A stretch of DNA of 64,000 nucleotides from a virus (lineage: Duplodnaviria > Caudoviricetes). Positions 9,177 to 17,492 of the stretch are shown piece after piece (positions within the stretch are counted from its first letter, which is position 1; each line of letters starts with the position of its first letter). The notes under the pieces are model-generated. The model was not told the origin of the DNA. It ran no database searches and saw nothing but the letters and a program-made list of their open reading frames with translations. The position numbers were made by a program, and so were the translations under genes. The DNA is taken from the IMG/VR virus record IMGVR_UViG_3300029288_000144, positions 13,464 to 77,463 of that record; one strand, given 5' to 3'.

Positions 9177-9391
9177 AAATAACATTTAGAATATTTTTAA
9201 ACAACGAGAATAACTTTTTGTATTTTAATTTTGGAAAGAGTTATGATAGATCGAATGTTGTATTCCTTCCATATCCCGAATTAAACCAAAAATCTTGTAA
9301 CCTGAACGGAATTAACGATTTGGATTTTACGAAAACAAAAAGCCGCTACATTAGGTTATGTAAGCGGCTTAAGATAAAAATAATTGATTGA
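9173..9391 (+). CDS. MKI-family micro-protein with probable ATA start
   Basis: ATA-AAA-ATA-ACA = (M)KITFRIF...CKRLKIK; ATAA overlap with upstream stop; no ATG in frame. Confidence 0.5.
   Translation: MKITFRIFLNNENNFLYFNFGKSYDRSNVVFLPYPELNQKSCNLNGINDLDFTKTKSRYIRLCKRLKIKIID
9340..9370. terminator. hairpin at junction of convergent transcription units
   Basis: AAGCCGC-TACAT...ATGTA-A-GCGGCTT inverted repeat with A-tract on the left. Confidence 0.55.
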
Positions 9392-9400
9392 ATTGATATT

Positions 9401-9820
9401 TTATCTAACCGGAACTATCAATTCTTTATCAACTGCCTGTTTATACTCTTTACTATCTTTTTTCAAATTAAACAAATCGATAAACGATAATTTTTCTTTA
9501 CCTGGTTTTCTCAATTGAGCGATGTCTAAACCAAGTAACGAATCTATTTTCTTTCTATAAGCTCGGTAATTTGCGTCTGGTTCGGCAGATGCGCTCGGTT
9601 TCCATCGTTTCATTACTTCTTTCTGATGAGGTTCTTGTTTCGTAGTGTCATCAATTGCTAAGAAAAATGCCAATTTGATTTCGTCAAGAGTGTATTTAGT
9701 CAAATCAATTCCTACTTTCTCCAAATCTTTCATAGTTTTTTCAATAGCATCAAAATTGATAACATCTGTCCGACGAGCCATCTCATTTAATTCTGTATCA
9801 ACCCATTCACGCAAGTTCAT
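9401..9820 (-). CDS. putative head-internal protein B2
   Basis: MNLREWVDTELNE leader; paralog of 10101..10580 (GIDL.KY, WKPS..EPDANYRAYR). Confidence 0.7.
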   Translation of the reverse strand: MNLREWVDTELNEMARRTDVINFDAIEKTMKDLEKVGIDLTKYTLDEIKLAFFLAIDDTTKQEPHQKEVMKRWKPSASAEPDANYRAYRKKIDSLLGLDIAQLRKPGKEKLSFIDLFNLKKDSKEYKQAVDKELIVPVR

Positions 9821-10104
9821 TTGTATCTCCAAAATTTATAAGGAATGTTATAATCAACCAAAGCATTTCTCTTGTCATTTGTGTGTAATGTCCATTTAGA
9901 TACGTTTAGTGTTCTTGCTGCTTGTGATGCATCACCTTCCGCAGAATTAAGATGAACAATATACGCTAAAACTTTTGCCCCATCTTCAAACAGATTATCA
10001 AGATTTATATTCTTATGTTTCAAAGCCGCCGCCAAATCAAATGTTTTTGTGACATCAACAACCGCTTCATTTAATTGCTGTTCTGTATATTCTTTGAAAT
10101 TCAT
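9817..10104 (-). CDS. putative head-internal Fis-like HTH protein A2
   Basis: MNFKEYTEQQLNE leader; EGDASQAARTLNVSKWTL helix-turn-helix. Confidence 0.65.
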   Translation of the reverse strand: MNFKEYTEQQLNEAVVDVTKTFDLAAALKHKNINLDNLFEDGAKVLAYIVHLNSAEGDASQAARTLNVSKWTLHTNDKRNALVDYNIPYKFWRYK

Positions 10105-10580
10105 TCTTCTTCTCCAGCCATTTTGACACGACCTTGTTTCTGTTCTTTTTCAAACTTTGTTCCTGGCTGGATTCCTTTTAGAGATGAGAACGAAGTGTTA
10201 ACTCTATGCGGACGTTCTCCAGCAATTGGATTAGGAACCAAAATCTTGTTAATTTCTTCGACATTCAATTTCAGAAGTTTCATCAACTTGTCTCTGTAAG
10301 CACGATAGTTAGCATCCGGTTCCGATTTAGAGCTTGGTTTCCAATACTTCATAACTTCGGCTTGATGTTTTGGAGACTCCCCACGGACAATTTCATCAAG
10401 ATAGAAAAAGAAAGCGGATGTAATTTCATCAAAAGAATATTTACTCAAATCAATTCCTGCGGATTCAAGTTCGCTCATTGTCTTTTTAATGGCGTCCAAA
10501 TCAACTAAATCTTTTCTAAGAGCCATTTCATTCAGCATCTTCTCTTCAACTTCTTTATCAATTAGTTTTACCAAATTCAT
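10101..10580 (-). CDS. putative head-internal protein B1
   Basis: leader ending MLNE; paralog of B2. Confidence 0.7.
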   Translation of the reverse strand: MNLVKLIDKEVEEKMLNEMALRKDLVDLDAIKKTMSELESAGIDLSKYSFDEITSAFFFYLDEIVRGESPKHQAEVMKYWKPSSKSEPDANYRAYRDKLMKLLKLNVEEINKILVPNPIAGERPHRVNTSFSSLKGIQPGTKFEKEQKQGRVKMAGEEE

Positions 10581-10876
10581 TCTTTAATCCTCCACAACTC
10601 TTCTGGAATTTCAAGAGCAACCAACGGATTCTTCTTTGGGTCTTTAGAATGAAGAGTAGCTCTATCTTTTCCTAACGAATCTGCGGCTTTTGCTAAATTT
10701 CCTTCAAACGCTTTGATGTGCGAAAGATACGCTAAAACTTTTACACTATCTTCGCTCAAACGCTTTGACAATTTAGCTTCAACTAATTTGTCTCTTAATC
10801 CTAAAGCCTTGTTAACATTGATGGTTGCTTCTGATAAAACACCAATTTCTTTTTCAATAAACTCTTTTAAGTCCAT
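10577..10876 (-). CDS. putative head-internal Fis-like HTH protein A1
   Basis: MDLKEFIEKEIGVLSE leader; EGNLAKAADSLGKDRATLHSK fits the Fis/HTH_8 pattern; ATG 10876 follows late promoter and GAGG. Confidence 0.65.
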   Translation of the reverse strand: MDLKEFIEKEIGVLSEATINVNKALGLRDKLVEAKLSKRLSEDSVKVLAYLSHIKAFEGNLAKAADSLGKDRATLHSKDPKKNPLVALEIPEELWRIKE

Positions 10877-10893
10877 AATAACCTCTTTAGAAC

Positions 10894-10900
10894 TATTTAG
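10894..10900 (-). promoter_or_regulatory. T4-like late promoter CTAAATA
   Basis: followed by GTTCTAAAGAGG SD and ATG. Confidence 0.65.
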
Positions 10901-10912
10901 GAACAAAATCAA

Positions 10913-11110
10913 ATGAAAATAAATATGACAGTTGAAAAAGAACAGGAAAATTATTGGATTGTTAGATTTTTTTTGCCCATCATCCAATCAGATAGAACTT
11001 GTTTAGTTGGGCAATGGTTTCCAAGAGAAGTTGGTTATTTTATTCCCAAAATTGGCCGATACATATTTACAAAGTCAGCTAAAGACATGAGAATTTCCAA
11101 TCATAAATAG
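10913..11110 (+). CDS. isolated MKI-family micro-protein
   Basis: MKINMTV...; between divergent late promoters. Confidence 0.5.
   Translation: MKINMTVEKEQENYWIVRFFLPIIQSDRTCLVGQWFPREVGYFIPKIGRYIFTKSAKDMRISNHK
11102..11109 (+). promoter_or_regulatory. T4-like late promoter CATAAATA
   Basis: followed by GTTCTAAAAGAGG SD and ATG 11132. Confidence 0.65.
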
Positions 11111-11131
11111 TTCTAAAAGAGGTTAACTACT

Positions 11132-11974
11132 ATGGGATTTAAGGATTGGTTAAATGAAGAAGTTGATGTTGCTTCTGCTCTAAAAGAGAAGGCTGAAAAA
11201 GGTCTAAACATCAAGACTAAGTTCGGAACATTCAAGTTTGACAAGATGGACAAGAAGAAGTATGTCTTTGTTCTTGATGGAGATGATAAAGACATTTCTG
11301 TTGTTGTTGCCGAAAAACCCAATGAGAAATATCTTGACCTAACAATTTCTGTTTTCAAAAAGGATTCGCTTGTCGGAAAACGCAAATCTGCTCCGGATGA
11401 CGATTCCGAAACACAATATCTAAAAACAGATATTACTCGTAAGGCTGCAAAAGATATTAAGAAAGCTGTTGAAGAAATTCTCGGTTCACTTAATGAAGAT
11501 GAACTAATCACGCTCGATGAAGATTTTGGAGCAACCGCACTTGCCGCAGCTCTAATTCCCCTTGTCATTGGTTCTATTCCAGTTCTGAACAAAGCAGCTC
11601 ACGAATATAATTGGTTCGGAATTGCTAATGAAAAAGAATCTAAAATCAAAACTATCGATGACATTAAAGAAAAGATTCAGAAGTTCTCACTCAAACAGAT
11701 TCAAGAAATTCTAAAAGACGAAAAGAAAGCAGATGCGATTGTTGATGAGCTTTTAGATACAATTAAGAAAGAATCTCCAAGGTTTATTGTTAATCCTAGA
11801 ACCAAGGCAGAAATCTATGACCAAGTTCTTTTCTATCTTAGGAGAAGTGCAGAAGCTAAGAGCAAAGAACCCGTTGCTAAAGGAATGACTCCTGTAAAAG
11901 ATGCCGCGAAAGATGCTCTCGCTCGGTCGTCTGGTTACAAGAAAGGCGGCGTTTGGTTCGGAACTCAAAATTAA
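11132..11974 (+). CDS. putative head-internal (ejected) protein
   Basis: MGFKDWLNEE leader, internal LNE/LDE sites, hydrophobic GATALAAALIPLVIGSIPVL, late promoter. Confidence 0.7.
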   Translation: MGFKDWLNEEVDVASALKEKAEKGLNIKTKFGTFKFDKMDKKKYVFVLDGDDKDISVVVAEKPNEKYLDLTISVFKKDSLVGKRKSAPDDDSETQYLKTDITRKAAKDIKKAVEEILGSLNEDELITLDEDFGATALAAALIPLVIGSIPVLNKAAHEYNWFGIANEKESKIKTIDDIKEKIQKFSLKQIQEILKDEKKADAIVDELLDTIKKESPRFIVNPRTKAEIYDQVLFYLRRSAEAKSKEPVAKGMTPVKDAAKDALARSSGYKKGGVWFGTQN

Positions 11975-11992
11975 GTTAGGCAAAAACATCTA

Positions 11993-12021
11993 TTGACAAT
12001 GAAGCCTTCCGGTGGTATATT
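11993..12021 (+). promoter_or_regulatory. sigma70-type promoter overlapping an inverted repeat
   Basis: TTGACA(11993-98)-N17-TATATT(12016-21). Confidence 0.75.
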
Positions 12022-12040
12022 CAATCGGAAGGCTTTCTTT
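12002..12040 (+). terminator. intrinsic terminator-like hairpin
   Basis: AAGCCTTCCG / CGGAAGGCTT perfect 10-bp stem followed by TCTTTT. Confidence 0.6.
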
Positions 12041-12157
12041 TAGACTCTCTTTGGAATAAATCATTGAAATATTGAACAACTGAAAAATTAGAAAGATTTA
12101 TTAGGACTGGACATTTAAGCCACGATAAAATAAAGGTAACCAAGAGAGGTGGCACAT

Positions 12158-12571
12158 ATGAAGTTAAACACAGAGTATTCAGGAACAATTGCAAAGCATT
12201 CGTCGGCAACAAGAACCATTGTCAATTCCGACCCAAAGGAAGTGGTTCGCGTTTCGCAGATTAAGGTAAAGATTGATTATCAGCCGGGAATGCTTGATGA
12301 TATTCTTGTTGGAGATGACCAAACAATTGCAGATGCTAATACTTACAAAACTTGTTCGTGGGACCAGCGAGTCGGAAGTTATGAATTAGAAATTAACGAA
12401 ACGGCTCTTTGTGTTGTCATTAACAAGATTGACAGAAAGAATAAAGACGAAATGACCCAGGAATTGTATATTACCTTTGAAACAGCGGATGTTGAAAAGG
12501 CAGGATTCGTTGGGCATTATCTTCGTGACAAAGACAATCCAGCAAAACTTACTCTCAAAAATCTGGAATGA
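12158..12571 (+). CDS. hypothetical protein
   Basis: ATG 12158 after GAGGTGG SD. Confidence 0.7.
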   Translation: MKLNTEYSGTIAKHSSATRTIVNSDPKEVVRVSQIKVKIDYQPGMLDDILVGDDQTIADANTYKTCSWDQRVGSYELEINETALCVVINKIDRKNKDEMTQELYITFETADVEKAGFVGHYLRDKDNPAKLTLKNLE

Positions 12572-13131
12572 ACCAAAAAATAATTGATAAAACATTAGAG
12601 TTAAATCTATTCAAACCGAGCAAGAAAGTAAGCAATTACTTTCTTGTTTATCAGGGCAATCCATTCTCTACATCGTATTATTTCACCGAATCAATCCCGT
12701 TTCATTACTTCCAACATATTTGTTTGGCGTTGACATATTCAGAAACATTTATGGAACTGTGTGAATTCCGAGAAACAATTAAAAACTTATCATGTCCAAT
12801 GGTTGTTTCAAACAAAAACAAAATCCATCTTGATAATTTTTCTATTCTAAATTGTCAAAAAGATTGCGAGTGTGGAGCGTTCTCTCGTTTTTGGATTCGA
12901 ACTAAGATTGAGAAAAATCTTATAATTTCTCATAGTTCACACTTTTCAAGAATGTTAAACGAATTGACCCCAAGTAAACAAACGTTGCTTATTAGAACCA
13001 ATACATATAATAACAAATTCAAATATTTCGAATGTAGTAAACCATGTTGTTATGACTTTGAGATGAACAACTTCCAAGAAAATATTCAATTGCTTATTGA
13101 ATTCACTAAACTATTCCTGGTAAAGAAATGA
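12568..13131 (+). CDS. hypothetical protein
   Basis: 187-aa ORF, ATGA overlaps at both ends. Confidence 0.65.
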   Translation: MNQKIIDKTLELNLFKPSKKVSNYFLVYQGNPFSTSYYFTESIPFHYFQHICLALTYSETFMELCEFRETIKNLSCPMVVSNKNKIHLDNFSILNCQKDCECGAFSRFWIRTKIEKNLIISHSSHFSRMLNELTPSKQTLLIRTNTYNNKFKYFECSKPCCYDFEMNNFQENIQLLIEFTKLFLVKK

Positions 13132-13346
13132 AAATATTCTTACACATTACAGATTCTTATCAATTTGTTTTTCACAATCATCCAAAATTTAATGACCGCG
13201 ATCGCCGATATTCCATAACAAATTGCCTATGGATAACTTCCGAAGAGCTTGATTTGGAAGAAGAATTTTGGTATCTACCTAACGAAACAAATCAAAATCT
13301 GAACCACGGATATGAAACTTTCAAACGAAGAATGAAATTGAAATGA
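13128..13346 (+). CDS. MKI-family micro-protein
   Basis: MKIFLHI...FKRRMKLK. Confidence 0.7.
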   Translation: MKIFLHITDSYQFVFHNHPKFNDRDRRYSITNCLWITSEELDLEEEFWYLPNETNQNLNHGYETFKRRMKLK

Positions 13347-13543
13347 AAATAAATTTATACATAAAAAACGATAATTTCTTTTTTGGAAAACCTTTTAGTA
13401 TGCGTGAAGTTTTACGAATTGATTCCGGGGAAATTACAGAGAATAAATTATATATTCCCAAAACATGCGACTATTATATTTCCGATGAATTAATTGAAGT
13501 GTATCATAACTTTGCTAAAAGAATGAAAATGAAAGTTCACTGA
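13343..13543 (+). CDS. MKI-family micro-protein
   Basis: MKINLYIK..FFFGK...KRMKMK; close paralog of next ORF. Confidence 0.7.
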   Translation: MKINLYIKNDNFFFGKPFSMREVLRIDSGEITENKLYIPKTCDYYISDELIEVYHNFAKRMKMKVH

Positions 13544-13740
13544 TGAAAATAATATTAAAACAACATAGAGGTAATTTTTGGTTTGGAAAATCGCCCAAGC
13601 TTAATAGAGTTTTAATTGTAGACAACGGCGAAATTTCAAAAAATAGTTTTTACATTCCATATGAATCCGAATGTTTTCCAATTCTAACTTCTTACATCAA
13701 ATTCACCAAAAGAATGAAACTAAAAACAAGAGGTGTCTAA
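13543..13740 (+). CDS. MKI-family micro-protein
   Basis: MKIILKQ..FWFGK..VLIVDNGEISKN..YIP..KRMKLK. Confidence 0.7.
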   Translation: MKIILKQHRGNFWFGKSPKLNRVLIVDNGEISKNSFYIPYESECFPILTSYIKFTKRMKLKTRGV

Positions 13741-13744
13741 AACG

Positions 13745-14229
13745 ATGAAAAAAAAATTAAATTTGTAGTAGAATCATACAAGAAGATTGAATCAGACTTA
13801 GGATTTTCTGTCCAAGCTGTTATGAATATGGTTCAGTCAGGAATTCAACAAGCAACTGGGTCACAAAAATCCGGAGATGTTTATGAATTCAAACTTCTAT
13901 TCCCATATCATCAAAACGAACAAGTGACAAAAATGGTGAAAGAATTCAAAGATGTTTTCATCACCAATTCAAAACAATATCAATTTGATGATAATACCGG
14001 AGTTCTTGTTATTCATACAATTCCTTCCGAAGAAAAAGAAAAAGCTTGTAAGAAATTGATTCAACAGATTCTTGATAAAAATGATTTACAAGCTCTTTTG
14101 TTGATTAAACATCCGGATGATTTTGTTGCTAAACTCGCAGGAATGAAAATTAAGTATTTTGACAAGCAAGAATTCCAGACGGTAGAATCTTTGTTTCAAA
14201 ACGACATGCTGGATTTATATGAAGATTGA
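13745..14229 (+). CDS. hypothetical protein; SD-linked ATG out of frame across an A9 tract
   Basis: GAGGT SD + ATG 13745, A9 at 13748-56; long frame is -1 relative to the ATG; track start 13822. Confidence 0.55.
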
Positions 14230-14557
14230 TTTGTTATCTTTCAATGAGACAAATGTTGGTTTAGCAGCAATTGCCTACAAATGGGATATTTTGTTGTCAA
14301 ATAAAGAATACTACGAAGTCAAAAAGAAACTTCCGGAATATTTTCAAAATGGAGTTTCTTATTTGTTCGTAAAAGATACATTCAAAGATATGTATGTTCT
14401 AAGAGTTCACGCATATTTTGAAATCACTCCATTCAATTCAAAAGAACATGCTGAGAAATATATGTCGGATGATAATGTTTTTCTGCTGTATTCTAAACAT
14501 CCTATGATGGCTGAGTTGAATGATATTCGCTATACATTGATTCAAGTAGGAGAATAG
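14219..14557 (+). CDS. hypothetical protein (MKI-like N-terminus)
   Basis: 112-aa ORF in operon. Confidence 0.65.
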   Translation: MKIDLLSFNETNVGLAAIAYKWDILLSNKEYYEVKKKLPEYFQNGVSYLFVKDTFKDMYVLRVHAYFEITPFNSKEHAEKYMSDDNVFLLYSKHPMMAELNDIRYTLIQVGE

Positions 14558-14560
14558 ACA

Positions 14561-15259
14561 ATGAAGAAATTCAAAAGGTATACAGAAACGGGTTTGGGAA
14601 TCTCCAACAACGGAAGACTTCTTTATCCAAATGAGAATCAATTCACCCACATGTCCGCTGTGAATATTGGAGATTGTATTTTCACAGGAATTTCACCATA
14701 TCAACCACCGTATATTTCTTTAGATTATGTGTGGATTGTAGAATCTCTTCCAATTATTAAAGGGGATGTGTGTTGTTTTGATGTTAAAAATATTAAAACC
14801 AACAAAACAAGTAAAATGTTTACAACCGATTTTAATTATCATATTGCTAATTCTCCGATACAACCAACTAAAGAATATTTGAGTTACAACAAATTAACGC
14901 ATGAACAAGTTGAAGAAATACTACAAGAAAAAACATATGATAAAATCAAGAAAGAATATAAAGAACTTCCAAAAAGTAGTTTGAAAGATTTCCCTGATTT
15001 TGGTTATTATTTTTATGAACATACTAGCAAATACTACAAAGAAAAACACTGTATACACGTATCAAAATTCGGAATCTTTGAATACGCACATCAAGTTGAC
15101 TTAATTTCAAACAAAGTATTAAAAGGTAGTTGGAAGAAAAAATCAAATACATTGTTTACATATTTTACAAATACCAAATTCGAATTTTTCCGCAATTATG
15201 ATAATTTGACATTTTCATATGATGTGTTTCCTAAATGTATTGTTGATAAGGTAGAATAA
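14561..15259 (+). CDS. hypothetical protein
   Basis: 232 aa, AGGAG SD. Confidence 0.7.
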   Translation: MKKFKRYTETGLGISNNGRLLYPNENQFTHMSAVNIGDCIFTGISPYQPPYISLDYVWIVESLPIIKGDVCCFDVKNIKTNKTSKMFTTDFNYHIANSPIQPTKEYLSYNKLTHEQVEEILQEKTYDKIKKEYKELPKSSLKDFPDFGYYFYEHTSKYYKEKHCIHVSKFGIFEYAHQVDLISNKVLKGSWKKKSNTLFTYFTNTKFEFFRNYDNLTFSYDVFPKCIVDKVE

Positions 15260-15262
15260 ACA

Positions 15263-15535
15263 ATGGATTTTGACTTTATAAAACCCGACGGACCACTAGA
15301 CAAATATGCGACACTATTAGCAAATCAGCAACACGAGGAGAACACAATGAGAAATCTTTGCGAAACAGAAGACAACAAATATAGACAAATGAAAGTTAAA
15401 GATTTGAAGAAGTTCTTAAAAAAGTTTGATGATGATACTGAAATTCTTGTTGTTGATGGGGCGTGTTCTGGACAAGCACACCCATTATCTAATAGCAGCA
15501 TTGATTATGACAACAACAAAATAATCATTAACTAA
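15263..15535 (+). CDS. hypothetical protein
   Basis: 90 aa; MKVKDLKKFLKKFDDDTEILV resembles a common small phage motif. Confidence 0.6.
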   Translation: MDFDFIKPDGPLDKYATLLANQQHEENTMRNLCETEDNKYRQMKVKDLKKFLKKFDDDTEILVVDGACSGQAHPLSNSSIDYDNNKIIIN

Positions 15536-15547
15536 GGATTAGAAATC

Positions 15548-16081
15548 ATGGGCTACCATCTTCGTCTCGCAAAAATTGAAAAAACTATGAAATCTCATTG
15601 TTCTGGTTTCAAAACATACAAACAAGTAATGAAACGTTTTATGATAGAGGATTTCTATGACCTTCCTACATATGAAGAACTAATTTATCTTGGAGATGTT
15701 ACCGTCAACGAGAAAGAAAATTTCTTTGCTTTTGACATTAAAAAATATGGTTATGATTTTCATATCATCTCCGAAAAAGAACTCGAAAATATCATCGAAC
15801 AATACTATCAGCATGTTAGAAAATATTACAATAAACTTTATGACGAAGTTTCAAAAATGGCGAAAGACGAACCATTTAACCAAGGAGTAATCGGCTCTCA
15901 TATGCTTTCAATGAGAAATAATTGGTGTGACGATATTTGTAACTGGCGACCTTACAATCTGAATAGAGACAAGGAAAACATCGTAAGTAGTGACAGATAT
16001 GAATATGATGTTTTTGAACTTGTTCGGATTTTGAAAACATTCGATTTTAAAAACAACTATCTCATTTTGTCGGGATGGTGA
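15548..16081 (+). CDS. hypothetical protein
   Basis: 177-aa ORF, MGY...SGW. Confidence 0.7.
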   Translation: MGYHLRLAKIEKTMKSHCSGFKTYKQVMKRFMIEDFYDLPTYEELIYLGDVTVNEKENFFAFDIKKYGYDFHIISEKELENIIEQYYQHVRKYYNKLYDEVSKMAKDEPFNQGVIGSHMLSMRNNWCDDICNWRPYNLNRDKENIVSSDRYEYDVFELVRILKTFDFKNNYLILSGW

Positions 16082-16598
16082 AAATATTATTTGCCCAATT
16101 TGCGAAAATCTTGTTAAAAAACACACAAACAAATATTGGTGTGATATTTGTAATATAAAGTTTCCTTTAGATTTACAAAATAGAACATATTTTCGAACCA
16201 ACACGGATAATCACCGAACAAAATTAAAAATAATTATAAATCCGATACTAAGAAAAATACAATTCTGGACAGATAGACCGTTTGTTATTTCTTCTATTTG
16301 TCAATTGATTTTTCAAAATAATGATGAAAAAGTATATGAATTTATAAGATACAAAATACAGCGCGTGAGATATATAAAGGAGAAAACTATGAGTCTCATA
16401 TTAAACCAAAAAGAAATAGACGAATGGAAGAAAAACCCTATTGGAAAACCACCAGCTCCAATTCTATCTGAACGTCCAGGAATAACATATCGGGAAGAAG
16501 GTTTTTTATGTTTCAACCCAAAAACGATTCACACAAAACAAGTATTTGAAAATGGTGTTTGGGTAGAATACGACAAAGAAACAGGAGAAAAACTATGA
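16078..16598 (+). pseudogene. possible frameshifted zinc-ribbon protein (CPIC..WCDIC), in frame with a 69-aa ORF at 16389
   Basis: GTG 16078 overlaps upstream stop but is one base out of frame; second SD+ATG at 16389. Confidence 0.4.
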
Positions 16599-17092
16599 TT
16601 GCTGAAAGATACATTGAAGTAAAAGTTGGAGTTTTCGAAGATAAAATATTTCCTTACAACGAATTAACTTTTGTTGAAGATGATTATTTTGGGAATCATT
16701 ATAAATTTCCTGATGCTTCACATTCCGAGAAAATACACAAGCTGACAACAATGGTTTGGGATTTGAAAAAGAAATGCTTCAAACCAACCACTGTTCTTTC
16801 TTATAACAATCCAAGCGCCGACAAGTATCAAATTGGTAAGAATTATCTAATCGAAACAAAACACGGACATTACAAAATTGATGAACTTGTTGATATTAAA
16901 TTTGAATCTTACGACACTTCTTTTAAAAAATTCAAAGATGTTGATGATTGGGAAAAGAAATATATTGGAGAAATTCCTCCGTTAGATAAAAACGAAATTG
17001 TTGAGATTCGCACGAATAAACCAACATTTGTTTTCAAAAATGGAAAAGAAACTGAATGGGAACATGAAATTAACTTTTTGGATGAGGATTGA
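16595..17092 (+). CDS. hypothetical protein
   Basis: ATG 16595 (ATGA overlap, AGGAG SD). Confidence 0.65.
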   Translation: MIAERYIEVKVGVFEDKIFPYNELTFVEDDYFGNHYKFPDASHSEKIHKLTTMVWDLKKKCFKPTTVLSYNNPSADKYQIGKNYLIETKHGHYKIDELVDIKFESYDTSFKKFKDVDDWEKKYIGEIPPLDKNEIVEIRTNKPTFVFKNGKETEWEHEINFLDED

Positions 17093-17095
17093 TAC

Positions 17096-17485
17096 ATGCT
17101 AAAACAACTAACAAAAATGTCAATGCTTGATAGAGAATTATACGTTCTTCAAGTTCTGATGTATCACTGCGAAAAAGAAATTGTGAAGTATGATTACCAG
17201 CTACCTTCATCAGAAACATTTAAGAAAAATAAAAACAACGCCGAAGAAATTGTTAACATGATTCTTTATCGTTATGATTTATCGGAAATAAAATCTTCTA
17301 ACAAATGTTTCAGAGAATTTGTTTATTTAATCGAAAAGTGTGATTTTGATTTGGATGAATACTTTGAAAATTATTGTAAACTAAAAGGAAGATTGCCATT
17401 GAACGAAATTTCACTTGGTTATAAAAAGCCATGGTGGAAAATGAGTCTAACGGAGTTGTTTCATTATATAACCAAAGGAAAATAA
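17096..17485 (+). CDS. hypothetical protein
   Basis: 129 aa, GAGG SD. Confidence 0.65.
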   Translation: MLKQLTKMSMLDRELYVLQVLMYHCEKEIVKYDYQLPSSETFKKNKNNAEEIVNMILYRYDLSEIKSSNKCFREFVYLIEKCDFDLDEYFENYCKLKGRLPLNEISLGYKKPWWKMSLTELFHYITKGK

Positions 17486-17492
17486 CAAACGA

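Noticed and set aside
10877-11130. Invertible DNA switch
   Set aside because: The inverted repeat is explained by a promoter+SD module also found before gp6; no recombinase nearby.
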